Positions 7,926 to 16,235 of a stretch of 36,953 nt of DNA are shown here, piece by piece; position 1 is the first letter of the stretch; every line of letters starts with the position of its first letter. The stretch comes from an uncultured Acidiphilium sp. (GTDB lineage: Bacteria > Bacillota > Clostridia > Christensenellales > Borkfalkiaceae): contig CAZVPW010000002.1 of the NCBI GenBank assembly GCA_964629115.1, positions 1 to 36,953 of the forward strand, read 5' to 3'. Position numbers and translations under genes: made by a program. A model generated the notes under the pieces. That model was not told the DNA's origin. It worked only from the letters and a program-made list of their open reading frames with translations, and ran no database searches.

Positions 7926-10586
7926 ATGTTACAGTTAAAAGGAATCAAAAAAGACTACGTCGCCGGCGATATGACCGTCAGAGCCCTCAAGGGAATCGAC
8001 CTCTGTTTTCGCGACGAGGAGTTCGTGTCGATTCTCGGGCCGTCGGGCTGCGGAAAAACAACTTTGCTCAACATTATCGGCGGACTCGACCGCTACACCG
8101 ACGGCGATCTCCTCGTCGACGGAATAAGCGCCAAAAATTATACCGACAGAGATTGGGATACTTACCGTAACCACAGAATAGGTTTCGTATTCCAAAGTTA
8201 CAACCTAATCCCCCACCAAACTATTTTGGAAAACGTTGAGCTCGCGCTCTCCATTTCGGGCGTCGACAAAGACGAGAGGACGACGAGAGCCAAAGAAGCG
8301 CTCGACAAAGTCGGACTTAAAGGACTTTACGGCAAGAAACCCAATCAACTTTCGGGCGGACAATGCCAAAGAGTCGCCATAGCGAGAGCCCTCGTCAACG
8401 ATCCCGAGATTTTGCTCGCCGACGAGCCGACGGGAGCCCTCGACACGACGACGTCCGTTCAAATTATGGATCTCATAAAAGAAATTTCGTCCGAATGTTT
8501 GGTCATAATGGTCACACACAACCCCGAACTCGCCGAAAAATATTCGTCGCGTATAATCCGGCTTTTGGACGGCGAAGTCCAATCGGACTCCGCTCCCTAC
8601 GACGGAAAACCCGAGAAACAAGAACAAAAACGCGAAAAACGCAAAAAACCGACGAAAAAATCCAAACTTTCCCTTTCGTCCACCTTCCGTTTGTCGGCTC
8701 GGAACTTGCGTTCGAAATTTAAGAGAACTTTCCTTGTCTGCTTGGCGGGAGCCATAGGCATTATCGGCGTGGCGTCCGTCCTCTCGGTCTCGACGGGCGT
8801 TAGGGGGTACATATCTGATATGCAAGACGATATGCTTACGGGAAACCCGATAACCATCGCGACCGAGTCGCTCGACCTCTCGTCCATAATGTCGAACGTC
8901 AACGACCAAACCAAGAACGACGCGATAAAAAATTCTTTTGAAAACGGATATATAAACGTCGACTCTACCATCGACTACCTCGTGTCGCGAGGGGGCGGAA
9001 TCGAAAGCGCGAAAATTTCGAACGACATAACCGCCGATTATCTCGCTTACGTCAAGGCGATGCCGAAAGAATACTATTCGGCTATAAGCGTCTATAACGG
9101 AATCGACATAACTTACGGACTTTATACCGACTACGGATTCGAGGGATACGACCAAAGTCAAAAAGTTTCGCTCTTCGCCGCTCAAGAAATTTATACGGCG
9201 ATGCTCAATCAAACGGAATACAAAGAGTATTCTCAGTATATCTCGATGCTTTCCGACACCTTCGCGCAAGCTCCCGACAACGCCGATTTTATCCTTTCGC
9301 AATACGACGTTATCGGCGGAAGTAAAATCGCGACCGAAGAAAACGAAATAATGATCGTCGTCAACAACGATTACGAAATTTCCGACCTCTTGCTCGCGCG
9401 TCTCGGATACTATACGCAAGAACAATTTATCAACCTACTCTCCAAATCGGTCGGCGACGACGCCTACGACCCGACTCTCGATAAAACCAAGTTTTCATAC
9501 GACGAACTTCTCGGAAAGACCTTTACTTGGTACCCCAACGACGTAATATACAAAAAAAACGACTCCGCGTCTCCCTTGTCCGCGGTTAAACCCTTTACTT
9601 ACGAGGCTTACGCTCAAAACGACTGGACAAACGGCAAAGAACTCAAAGTCACCGCCATTCTCAAGCAAAAAGAGGGATTATCCTACGGCTGTCTCCAAAG
9701 CGGATTCTATTACTCCTCGGCTTTTGCCGAATACGCTACGAGAGCAAATATCGAGTCGGAAATCGTAAAATACCTCAACGAAAAAGAACTTACCGAAATC
9801 TCCGGATACGACAACAACGGCGTCAAGTCGGGCATAACCTTCTCTTACTCGTTTAACTATAACGGCGTCTCTTACGGTCCGCAAGACGGACTCGTCGGAA
9901 GTTCTGGAATGAGCGGAATGTTCTCCCAAATGATGGGGTCGTCGATAACCCCGTATACCCTTTCTCTTCGAGAAATCGGCGGCAGCGCCCTCCCCAACGA
10001 GATTAGAATTTACCCGACCAACTTCGACTATAAAGACAACGTCACGTCTTACTTAAAAGAATGGAACTCGGACAAAGCGCTCGTTGTAGACGGCAAAACA
10101 ATCCAAGCAAGCGAACGAGAAGACGTAACATACGCGGATAATCTTTCCATCGTAATCGGACTCGTCAACGGTATGATCGACGTCATAACGACGGCTCTCG
10201 TCGCTTTCACGGCTTTGTCTCTCGTCGTCTCGACCGTTATGATTGCCATCATAACTTACGTTTCGGTCATTGAAAGAATAAAAGAAATCGGCGTCATACG
10301 CTCTCTCGGCGGACGCAAATCGGACGTTTCGAGACTGTTTAACGTCGAAACGTTCATAATCGGCGGCATTTCGGGAATTATCGGAATAGGCGTGACCTAT
10401 CTCATTACGGCTATCGTAAACGCAATCGTCGGAAAGGCAATCGGCATAACTACTCTTGCGACTTTAACCCTCCCCACGGCGGCGATAATGATTCTAATCA
10501 GCGTGGCTCTCACGATGATTGCCGGAATTATTCCCGCTCGACTCGCAGCTAAAAAAGACCCCGTCGAAGCGCTGAGAAGCGAATAA
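7926..10586 (+). CDS. MacB-like fused ABC transporter (N-terminal ATPase plus FtsX-type permease with a large extracytoplasmic domain)
   Basis: 886 aa. GPSGCGKTTLLN, LSGGQCQRVAIARAL, ILLADEPTGALD. K/E-rich linker, one TM helix, about 450 aa extracellular region, then C-terminal FtsX-like helices with RIKEIGVIRSLGGRK. Confidence 0.9.
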   Translation: MLQLKGIKKDYVAGDMTVRALKGIDLCFRDEEFVSILGPSGCGKTTLLNIIGGLDRYTDGDLLVDGISAKNYTDRDWDTYRNHRIGFVFQSYNLIPHQTILENVELALSISGVDKDERTTRAKEALDKVGLKGLYGKKPNQLSGGQCQRVAIARALVNDPEILLADEPTGALDTTTSVQIMDLIKEISSECLVIMVTHNPELAEKYSSRIIRLLDGEVQSDSAPYDGKPEKQEQKREKRKKPTKKSKLSLSSTFRLSARNLRSKFKRTFLVCLAGAIGIIGVASVLSVSTGVRGYISDMQDDMLTGNPITIATESLDLSSIMSNVNDQTKNDAIKNSFENGYINVDSTIDYLVSRGGGIESAKISNDITADYLAYVKAMPKEYYSAISVYNGIDITYGLYTDYGFEGYDQSQKVSLFAAQEIYTAMLNQTEYKEYSQYISMLSDTFAQAPDNADFILSQYDVIGGSKIATEENEIMIVVNNDYEISDLLLARLGYYTQEQFINLLSKSVGDDAYDPTLDKTKFSYDELLGKTFTWYPNDVIYKKNDSASPLSAVKPFTYEAYAQNDWTNGKELKVTAILKQKEGLSYGCLQSGFYYSSAFAEYATRANIESEIVKYLNEKELTEISGYDNNGVKSGITFSYSFNYNGVSYGPQDGLVGSSGMSGMFSQMMGSSITPYTLSLREIGGSALPNEIRIYPTNFDYKDNVTSYLKEWNSDKALVVDGKTIQASEREDVTYADNLSIVIGLVNGMIDVITTALVAFTALSLVVSTVMIAIITYVSVIERIKEIGVIRSLGGRKSDVSRLFNVETFIIGGISGIIGIGVTYLITAIVNAIVGKAIGITTLATLTLPTAAIMILISVALTMIAGIIPARLAAKKDPVEALRSE

Positions 10587-10610
10587 CAACTCGTAAAGGA
10601 AGATAAAACA

Positions 10611-11270
10611 ATGGATTTAATTAAAGCTCTTAACGAAAGACACTCCGTGAGAACCTATCTCGACAAACCGATCGAACAAGAAATTCGCGACAAACTCGAC
10701 AAAGTCGTCGCGGATTGCAACGCCGAAAGCCGCTTGAACGTTCAAACGATTTACGACGAACCGCTCGCTTTCGATTCGTTTATGGCGCGTTACGGAAAGT
10801 TCTCGGGCGTCAAAAATTACGTCGCCTTGATAGGCGATAAAAACGCAGAGGAAAAAATCGGCTATTACGGCGAAAAAATAGCCCTTGCCGTCCAAGCGCT
10901 CGGTTTGAATACTTGCTGGGTCGCGATGACTTACAAAAAGGTCAAAACGGCGTTCGTCGTCGGAAAAGGTCAAAAGGTTCATTGCGTTCTTGCCCTCGGA
11001 TACGGGACGACCCAAGGAGTCGAACACAAAGTAAAGACCCCCGAACAAGTTTCTCGCGCCGTAAACCCACCCAAATGGTTTAACGACGGCATAGCCGCCG
11101 CCCTCAAAGCCCCGACGGCGATGAATCAACAAAACTTCGCCTTTTATTACGACGACGGAAAGGTCTCGGCGAAAGACGGATTCGGATTTTATACGAAAAT
11201 CGATCTCGGCATAGTCAAATACCATTTCGAACTCGGAGCCGGCAAAGAAAACTTCGTCTGGGCTAAATGA
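10611..11270 (+). CDS. Nitroreductase-family oxidoreductase
   Basis: 219 aa. N-terminus LIKALNERHSVRTYLDKPI is typical of the nitroreductase fold. AAGGAAG RBS. Confidence 0.8.
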   Translation: MDLIKALNERHSVRTYLDKPIEQEIRDKLDKVVADCNAESRLNVQTIYDEPLAFDSFMARYGKFSGVKNYVALIGDKNAEEKIGYYGEKIALAVQALGLNTCWVAMTYKKVKTAFVVGKGQKVHCVLALGYGTTQGVEHKVKTPEQVSRAVNPPKWFNDGIAAALKAPTAMNQQNFAFYYDDGKVSAKDGFGFYTKIDLGIVKYHFELGAGKENFVWAK

Positions 11271-11310
11271 CCCGACGAAAGCGACCGTCGACCTCGAAAA
11301 TATAAAGCAA

Positions 11311-11342
11311 GCCGTCCGCGAAAAATTCGCGGACGGCTTTTT
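11311..11342 (+). terminator. Rho-independent terminator of the MarR operon
   Basis: 12-bp perfect stem gccgtccgcgaa / ttcgcggacggc with a 3-nt loop, followed by ttttt. Confidence 0.7.
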
Positions 11343-11384
11343 CGTTATTGGCGAACTATAATCAAGCTCGACGCATTATAAAAA

Positions 11385-11418
11385 AGCGGCGTTCCTTTTT
11401 GAAAACGCCGCTTTGTTT
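11385..11418 (-). terminator. Terminator downstream of the VanZ-like gene (bidirectional shape)
   Basis: Stem agcggcgtt (11385-11393) / aacgccgct (11404-11412). An A-run precedes it and a T-run follows it, so it reads as hairpin plus U-tract on both strands. Confidence 0.65.
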
Positions 11419-11425
11419 TTATCGT

Positions 11426-11920
11426 TTATTTTCTTCTATTAAAGATTCTTCTAAACGCGACCGTCGCCGCGAAAGCGCACGTCGAGCCGACCGCCGCGCC
11501 GAGAGAATCGATTCCGACGTCAAGCCATTCGGCAGCTCTTCCGTCGACGAAAGTTTGCAAAAACTCGTCGCTTATCGCCGCTAAAAAACACGCCGATAGG
11601 GCGATTAAAGCGGAAAAATACCATTCCTTTAAGACGCCGTCGAAAGAGTTTAACAACAAGAATACGAAAAACCCCAAAGCGAAAAACTCGAGAAAATGCG
11701 CGGCTTCGCGAAGAGGCGGAGATATCTTTCTTATCTCGGTCTCTTTTTGCTCTTCGGTCATTTGGTCGAATCCGCGAACGAACGTTTGAGCGACGATCGT
11801 CGCCGCTCGGTTCGAATCTTTAGAGGACTGCGGTCCCGTCTTCGACGAATTGGAAAATATAAATCCCAAAGTCACAACTATTAAAACGACTAATATCGCC
11901 CTATACGCGCCCCTTTTCAT
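11426..11920 (-). CDS. VanZ-like family membrane protein
   Basis: 164 aa, 4 TM helices. AHFLEFFALGFFVFLLL and SDEFLQTFVDGRAAEWLDVGIDSLGAAVG match the VanZ-like pattern. GGAGA RBS, 11 nt after the upstream gene. Confidence 0.8.
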   Translation of the reverse strand: MKRGAYRAILVVLIVVTLGFIFSNSSKTGPQSSKDSNRAATIVAQTFVRGFDQMTEEQKETEIRKISPPLREAAHFLEFFALGFFVFLLLNSFDGVLKEWYFSALIALSACFLAAISDEFLQTFVDGRAAEWLDVGIDSLGAAVGSTCAFAATVAFRRIFNRRK

Positions 11921-11931
11921 CTTTTCTCCGA

Positions 11932-14541
11932 TTATTCGTTAAATAAGTATTTTCGACAGAAGAACATCGCGGTCGCAAACATAGACGCCGCTAAAGCGAC
12001 GACCGCCGCGGCTTTGACCAAATTTCGTCTGCTCGTGTCCGCGACGGCGGATTCGGCGACAAAGCCGATTTGCCCGTCGTAAATAATTTTCACGCTGCCG
12101 TTTTCTCTAGACAAAACGTATGTCTTTTTATTTCCGTCTATAACGCCTATTTGGTTTAACAACTCGGAATCGGAATATACGAGCGTTCCTCCCTTTGTAT
12201 AAACGTACGCGTTGACAATCGAAGAATATTCGTCTTGAGCCGAAAACTCGCTCGTTAAAAATGACGACGGTATAAATCCAAATTCCTCTCCTCTTTTGAC
12301 AAGGTAAAATTCTTCGCCGTTGAAAACCAACTTTCCTTCGACGTTGATTCGATCGTACTTAAGTATCCGATCGCCGTCGGATTTATACGCTCCGTTCAGC
12401 GCGGGGAGCGAATAAAGCGAAAAATCGACGGCGGCGTAAAGAGTCGAAGAAAAAGCCTCGACGCTTCTTTCGTCGGTCGCGTCGACCTTTCGAACCAGCG
12501 CCGCGACGCCGTCTTTCACGGCGAGAAGATACTTGCCGCCCAAATCCTTAGTCGCGTATTCGTCAACGCCGTTTTCGTTCTCGAATCTCTCGAACGCAAA
12601 GAACTCTCCGCCTTTAGCCGAAGCGTTTATCTTAAAGAGTTTGGCTCCCTCTCTGATTTTTCTTATTTTGACGTCCGAATCGTAACGATAGTCAAACCCG
12701 TCGGGAATTTTTATCGCGTATGGCGTCGACACGTTCATATCGTCGTCGTTCGAAGAACGAAGGATAAATCCGCCGAAAATAAAGTAAGCGCTTTTTGAAT
12801 CGAACGACAGACACATAGATCTCGCCAAAGACGCGTCTCCGAGGTTGTTCGACGTCGACAAAGTTTTCGTAACTATCTCTGTCGACTCCCCGTTTTCGGA
12901 AATTCTCGCGACTTTGTCGTTCTCCAAAAGAAGGTATAAATTCCCGTCGAGGTCAGTTTGCAAATTGAGAGCCTTATCGCTCGTCGCGAGTTGACCGACC
13001 TTTTTAAGATTTTGATTTTCAAATTTATAGAATTCGTACCCGTCGGCAATCGACACGGCGATATATATCGTACCGAACGCGTCTCTCGTAATCTCTCGAG
13101 CGCTCGCTCCCTTCAAATCTATCGCGGCAATTTCCGAAAGCGAATATTCGTCGCCCGACGCGTCGATCTCATATACGACCGGTCTACGCTGTCTGTCCGC
13201 AAACCCCGTCGAACGAGACCCGAGCAAATAAAACTTTCCGTCGGCGTAGCATACGTCGTCGATAGCGTTCGGAATAACTCCCCCGTCGAGGTCGACGCGA
13301 AGATTGTCTATTCGTTCGTAACTTATAATCGGCGTCTCGTCCGAAGGAGAATCGAGTTTTAACAATTCGACGTCGTTGTCTCGCGTCAAGAGAACGTAGC
13401 CTCCGCCGACGGCGAATTTATCGATCGAGTCCGACCTTAAATCTATGCGGTTATAAGTTCTGTCCTCGCCGTTTATGCCGTTGACGACGACTATTCTGTT
13501 TCCGTCGAGAGCGTAAATCTTATCTCCGTCCATAACAATATCGCTCGCCGCCGCCGACAGACGGTTTACGGCTTGAGAATTGGTCGTTATGGCAAATTGA
13601 GTAAATTCCTTGGTTCTTAAATCAATCTCTTGAGCGGCGCATATGCCCTTGTCGACCACCCATAAGCAATTATCGGTCAAGCATATTCCTCTCGGGCTCC
13701 ACAGTTTGCCCAAGTCCTTATCCTCGGTTATATCGGTTTCAATTTCGCATATCGTCGCGAGAGAATAATCGCTCGACGAAACCGCAAACACTCCCTTATC
13801 GGTCGTAAAATAGATATTATCGTCTCCGTCGGAGGCGCTTTCCGCCATCGAGCGAACGTCGGTTAAATTTCTAACTATCGTTCTCGGCTCTCCTCCGTTT
13901 ATCGGATCGTATTCGGCGACGACGTATCCGTCCTCGGCGCTGAGCGCGGCGAAATAGGTCTTTCCGTTTTTGGAATTAAGCACGCATTTGACGTCGCTGT
14001 TTTGGTATTCGAGAGCCGGAACTTCGACGAATGAAATTCCGTCCGCTCCGACCGACATATCGTAATAAAAAATGCCCGTAGACGTCGCCGTCGCGATTCT
14101 TCGTCCGCAAACCGAAAAACTGCTCGAACACGCGAGGGGCGTCTCGACTTCTTCGCCCAAGTCGTCGAAATTAGAAACATCGACGGAAAAAATCTTCGAC
14201 TTTCTCGTATACAAAAGATAATCCCCGAATTTTGCCACGCAAGGAACCGCCGCGCCGGCGAGTTCGAGTTCGTTAAAACGCTCGGCGCCCGTCTCTCCGT
14301 TTTTGTTATACACGACTATTCCGCCCTCGTGAGATATGGCGACAAACTCGTTCGAACCGTCCGAAAAACGACATATGGCGTGCGGCGCGTCGAGTTTGTA
14401 ATACTGCAAATAACTCGTAGGCAAAAAAATCTCCGTCTCTATTTTGTCCCCGACGCTTTCGGCTTTCGCCTCAAACGGCAAGATCGGAACAAGATACGCG
14501 AGAGCCGCCAGTATTAAAATCAAAACAATGCTTCTTTTCAT
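11932..14541 (-). CDS. Large secreted, C-terminally membrane-anchored repeat protein (beta-propeller-like N-terminal two thirds, SH3-like C-terminal modules)
   Basis: 869 aa. Signal peptide MKRSIVLILILAALAYLVPILPFEAKA, recurrent D-G-x-hydrophobic-Y strand motifs, terminal TM helix AAAVVALAASMFATAMFF. The domain naming is by eye only. Confidence 0.75.
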   Translation of the reverse strand: MKRSIVLILILAALAYLVPILPFEAKAESVGDKIETEIFLPTSYLQYYKLDAPHAICRFSDGSNEFVAISHEGGIVVYNKNGETGAERFNELELAGAAVPCVAKFGDYLLYTRKSKIFSVDVSNFDDLGEEVETPLACSSSFSVCGRRIATATSTGIFYYDMSVGADGISFVEVPALEYQNSDVKCVLNSKNGKTYFAALSAEDGYVVAEYDPINGGEPRTIVRNLTDVRSMAESASDGDDNIYFTTDKGVFAVSSSDYSLATICEIETDITEDKDLGKLWSPRGICLTDNCLWVVDKGICAAQEIDLRTKEFTQFAITTNSQAVNRLSAAASDIVMDGDKIYALDGNRIVVVNGINGEDRTYNRIDLRSDSIDKFAVGGGYVLLTRDNDVELLKLDSPSDETPIISYERIDNLRVDLDGGVIPNAIDDVCYADGKFYLLGSRSTGFADRQRRPVVYEIDASGDEYSLSEIAAIDLKGASAREITRDAFGTIYIAVSIADGYEFYKFENQNLKKVGQLATSDKALNLQTDLDGNLYLLLENDKVARISENGESTEIVTKTLSTSNNLGDASLARSMCLSFDSKSAYFIFGGFILRSSNDDDMNVSTPYAIKIPDGFDYRYDSDVKIRKIREGAKLFKINASAKGGEFFAFERFENENGVDEYATKDLGGKYLLAVKDGVAALVRKVDATDERSVEAFSSTLYAAVDFSLYSLPALNGAYKSDGDRILKYDRINVEGKLVFNGEEFYLVKRGEEFGFIPSSFLTSEFSAQDEYSSIVNAYVYTKGGTLVYSDSELLNQIGVIDGNKKTYVLSRENGSVKIIYDGQIGFVAESAVADTSRRNLVKAAAVVALAASMFATAMFFCRKYLFNE

Positions 14542-14661
14542 TTCGCCCTTTTGTCTTTTTCGTTCTTTATTCGAGTTCGCCGCGACAAAACCGCTCGGAA
14601 AACATCCGAAAAAAGACGATTTCGTTCGCGCGCGACGCGCTTAATATAACTATACGTTTAA

Positions 14662-14690
14662 AGTATAGCGCAAGTTACCGTCAAAAACAA
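14662..14690 (-). promoter_or_regulatory. Candidate promoter of the 869-aa / VanZ operon
   Basis: Minus strand reads TTGTTT-17-TATACT. Its flanking motifs match those of the LytTR gene promoter (see findings). The -10 lies inside the palindrome ctatac-N7-gtatag (14650-14668). Confidence 0.4.
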
Positions 14691-14700
14691 CCGTTTTGAG

Positions 14701-14720
14701 GGTTTTGGTTTTGGTTTTTT
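14701..14720. repeat. (GGTTTT)x3 microsatellite
   Basis: ggttttggttttggtttttt read directly in the divergent intergenic region. Confidence 0.9.
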
Positions 14721-14851
14721 CGACCGTATTCGACGGCGTTCCCCTATCTCCGCGAGAAAAATACGACAAGCGTCTGTCACTGTTTTCGTCGTATAATATA
14801 ATCGAACGTTTAATCTCGAAACTTCTCGAAAAAAAACCGTTCACAAAGGGC

Positions 14852-14879
14852 TTGCGCCGAGATTTTTCGGGGATATAAT
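14852..14879 (+). promoter_or_regulatory. Candidate promoter for the 14906 gene
   Basis: TTGCGC (14852-14857), 16-nt spacer, TATAAT (14874-14879). The AAAGGAGG RBS follows. Confidence 0.35.
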
Positions 14880-14905
14880 AAACGCGTTCAAAAGGAGGCG
14901 CAAAT

Positions 14906-15439
14906 ATGTTCGTCGAACAAAAGGCGTTGCTCGCCAGCCTTGAAAGCGCGAGCGCCGTGATAGAAAGCATGGACAGAAAATTCTTCATGAAAGCCCTTGG
15001 CAGTTTTTCTTGCCGCTTGCCGGTCGAAACGCAAGCCGAACGACTCATCGCGATGACCGAGAGAAAGAGAGAACTTCTCGACCTCGTCGCCGACGCTCGC
15101 GACGCTTTAAACTCGTTAAAACCCGAGAGTCGTCGACTTTTAACGGAAAAATACGGCATCGACGGAGCCAAACAATCTACGGACGAAAAAAACCGAAATT
15201 ATTATCGCAAACTCGCCTTAGCCGTCGGAAAATTCGCCGCCGCGCTCAAGTCATACGGGCTCGATTCGCTCGAAATCGCAAAGAAAGCCGAGCGCTTCGC
15301 GTTTTTAGCCGAAGCGCTCGGCAGAGAAAAATCCAAATCGATAAGTTCGGCGAACTTCGGAACTCTTAAAAACTCGTCGGGAGTTTCCCTTCGCCCCTCT
15401 CTTTCAAAAGACTCGCAAGAAACTATCAATAGTCGTTGA
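14906..15439 (+). CDS. Hypothetical helical protein, possibly a phage late-gene activator-like regulator (ArpU / RinA / sigma region 4-like)
   Basis: 177 aa. Strong AAAGGAGG RBS 7 nt upstream. LKPESRRLLTEKYGI...NRNYYRKLALAVGKFAAAL resembles the C-terminal pattern of ArpU/RinA-type regulators. The function is a weak call by eye. Confidence 0.55.
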   Translation: MFVEQKALLASLESASAVIESMDRKFFMKALGSFSCRLPVETQAERLIAMTERKRELLDLVADARDALNSLKPESRRLLTEKYGIDGAKQSTDEKNRNYYRKLALAVGKFAAALKSYGLDSLEIAKKAERFAFLAEALGREKSKSISSANFGTLKNSSGVSLRPSLSKDSQETINSR

Positions 15440-16169
15440 CGTCTAAACTCGCCGCGGCTTCTTCCTTGGCTCCGCCGCCCGACGGCTTGAATAAGAGATA
15501 GACTATGGACAAAGCGACGGCGGAGACGGCGATCACGATAGCGAGCTGCAATCCCGACGTTTGCTTTTCCCCTTCGCTCTCCTCCGCCATACTCTCTTTT
15601 TTCTCTTCGCCGCCCGTTTCTTCGGCGACTATCAAACTCGGTATTGTAAACGGAGAAAGAGCGTTAATCGATATATAGCCGACGTATTTATCTCCGGAAG
15701 TTGCGGAAACGTAACCGTAAACGAACTTCTCGCCGTTTGGTCGCGTAAGCACTCCGTAAAAGTCGATCGAACTGTTTTGAGTCGCCGTTTCGGTTAAAGT
15801 AAAGTCGGAATCCTTGTAGAGAAGACAATTTTGATTGACGGTCAACGTTATGTTCGGATAAACGACGGGCGGAACTTCGTCGACTATATTCAGAGCGTCG
15901 ACGGCGACGTAGCCTTTTGCCGACGGCTTTGTAGGATTGTCCCCGCGATACTCGACCTTCGCCGAATTTCCGCTCGCGGAGAGAACTTTGACGTAATAAC
16001 TATACGGCAAGGTAAACCAAGGCAAAGTCATCGAGGAATCCATATACAAAACGACGTCGTCGGAAAGTATTCTCGAATATTTCTCCTCGTTCGCTCGAGC
16101 CGACGGCGGAACGAAGGAGCAAGACAACGCGAGAACGACGACGTAAAACAATATAACGACCTTTTTCAT
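15426..16169 (-). CDS. Secreted, C-terminally anchored protein with two SH3-like modules
   Basis: The ATG at 16169 gives the signal peptide MKKVVILFYVVVLALSCSFVPPSARA, then an acidic linker EETGGEEKKESMAEESEGEK and the TM helix LQLAIVIAVSAVALSIVYLLF. The track start at 16211 is a TTG with no RBS. The 3' end overlaps the convergent 14906 gene by 14 nt. Confidence 0.7.
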   Translation of the reverse strand: MKKVVILFYVVVLALSCSFVPPSARANEEKYSRILSDDVVLYMDSSMTLPWFTLPYSYYVKVLSASGNSAKVEYRGDNPTKPSAKGYVAVDALNIVDEVPPVVYPNITLTVNQNCLLYKDSDFTLTETATQNSSIDFYGVLTRPNGEKFVYGYVSATSGDKYVGYISINALSPFTIPSLIVAEETGGEEKKESMAEESEGEKQTSGLQLAIVIAVSAVALSIVYLLFKPSGGGAKEEAAASLDVNDY

Positions 16170-16235
16170 AACGCCGCCATTATATCCCTTAGACAAGGAA
16201 GAAAAAAACAAACAATAACCGAATAAAAGGAGATT

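Noticed and set aside
8205-9425. 406-aa ORF antisense to the MacB-like transporter gene
   Set aside because: It is in exact codon register with the sense gene, has an Arg/Val/Phe-rich composition without domain-like pattern, and has no RBS. It is explained by the absence of TTA, CTA and TCA codons in the sense gene.
11809-11818. ggttcgaatc, a tRNA T-arm-like string
   Set aside because: It lies inside the VanZ-like CDS. By eye, no acceptor or anticodon stem structure can be built around it.
14650-15171. 173-aa minus-strand ORF overlapping the divergent promoter region and the 5' half of the 14906 gene
   Set aside because: It has no RBS, a Ser/Arg-rich translation, and covers two predicted promoters. 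The plus-strand gene has a textbook AAAGGAGG-N7-ATG start.
16170-16211. TTG start extending the SH3-like membrane protein by 14 codons
   Set aside because: It is a TTG with no SD. The signal peptide starts at the ATG at 16169. I kept the longer form only as an alternative.
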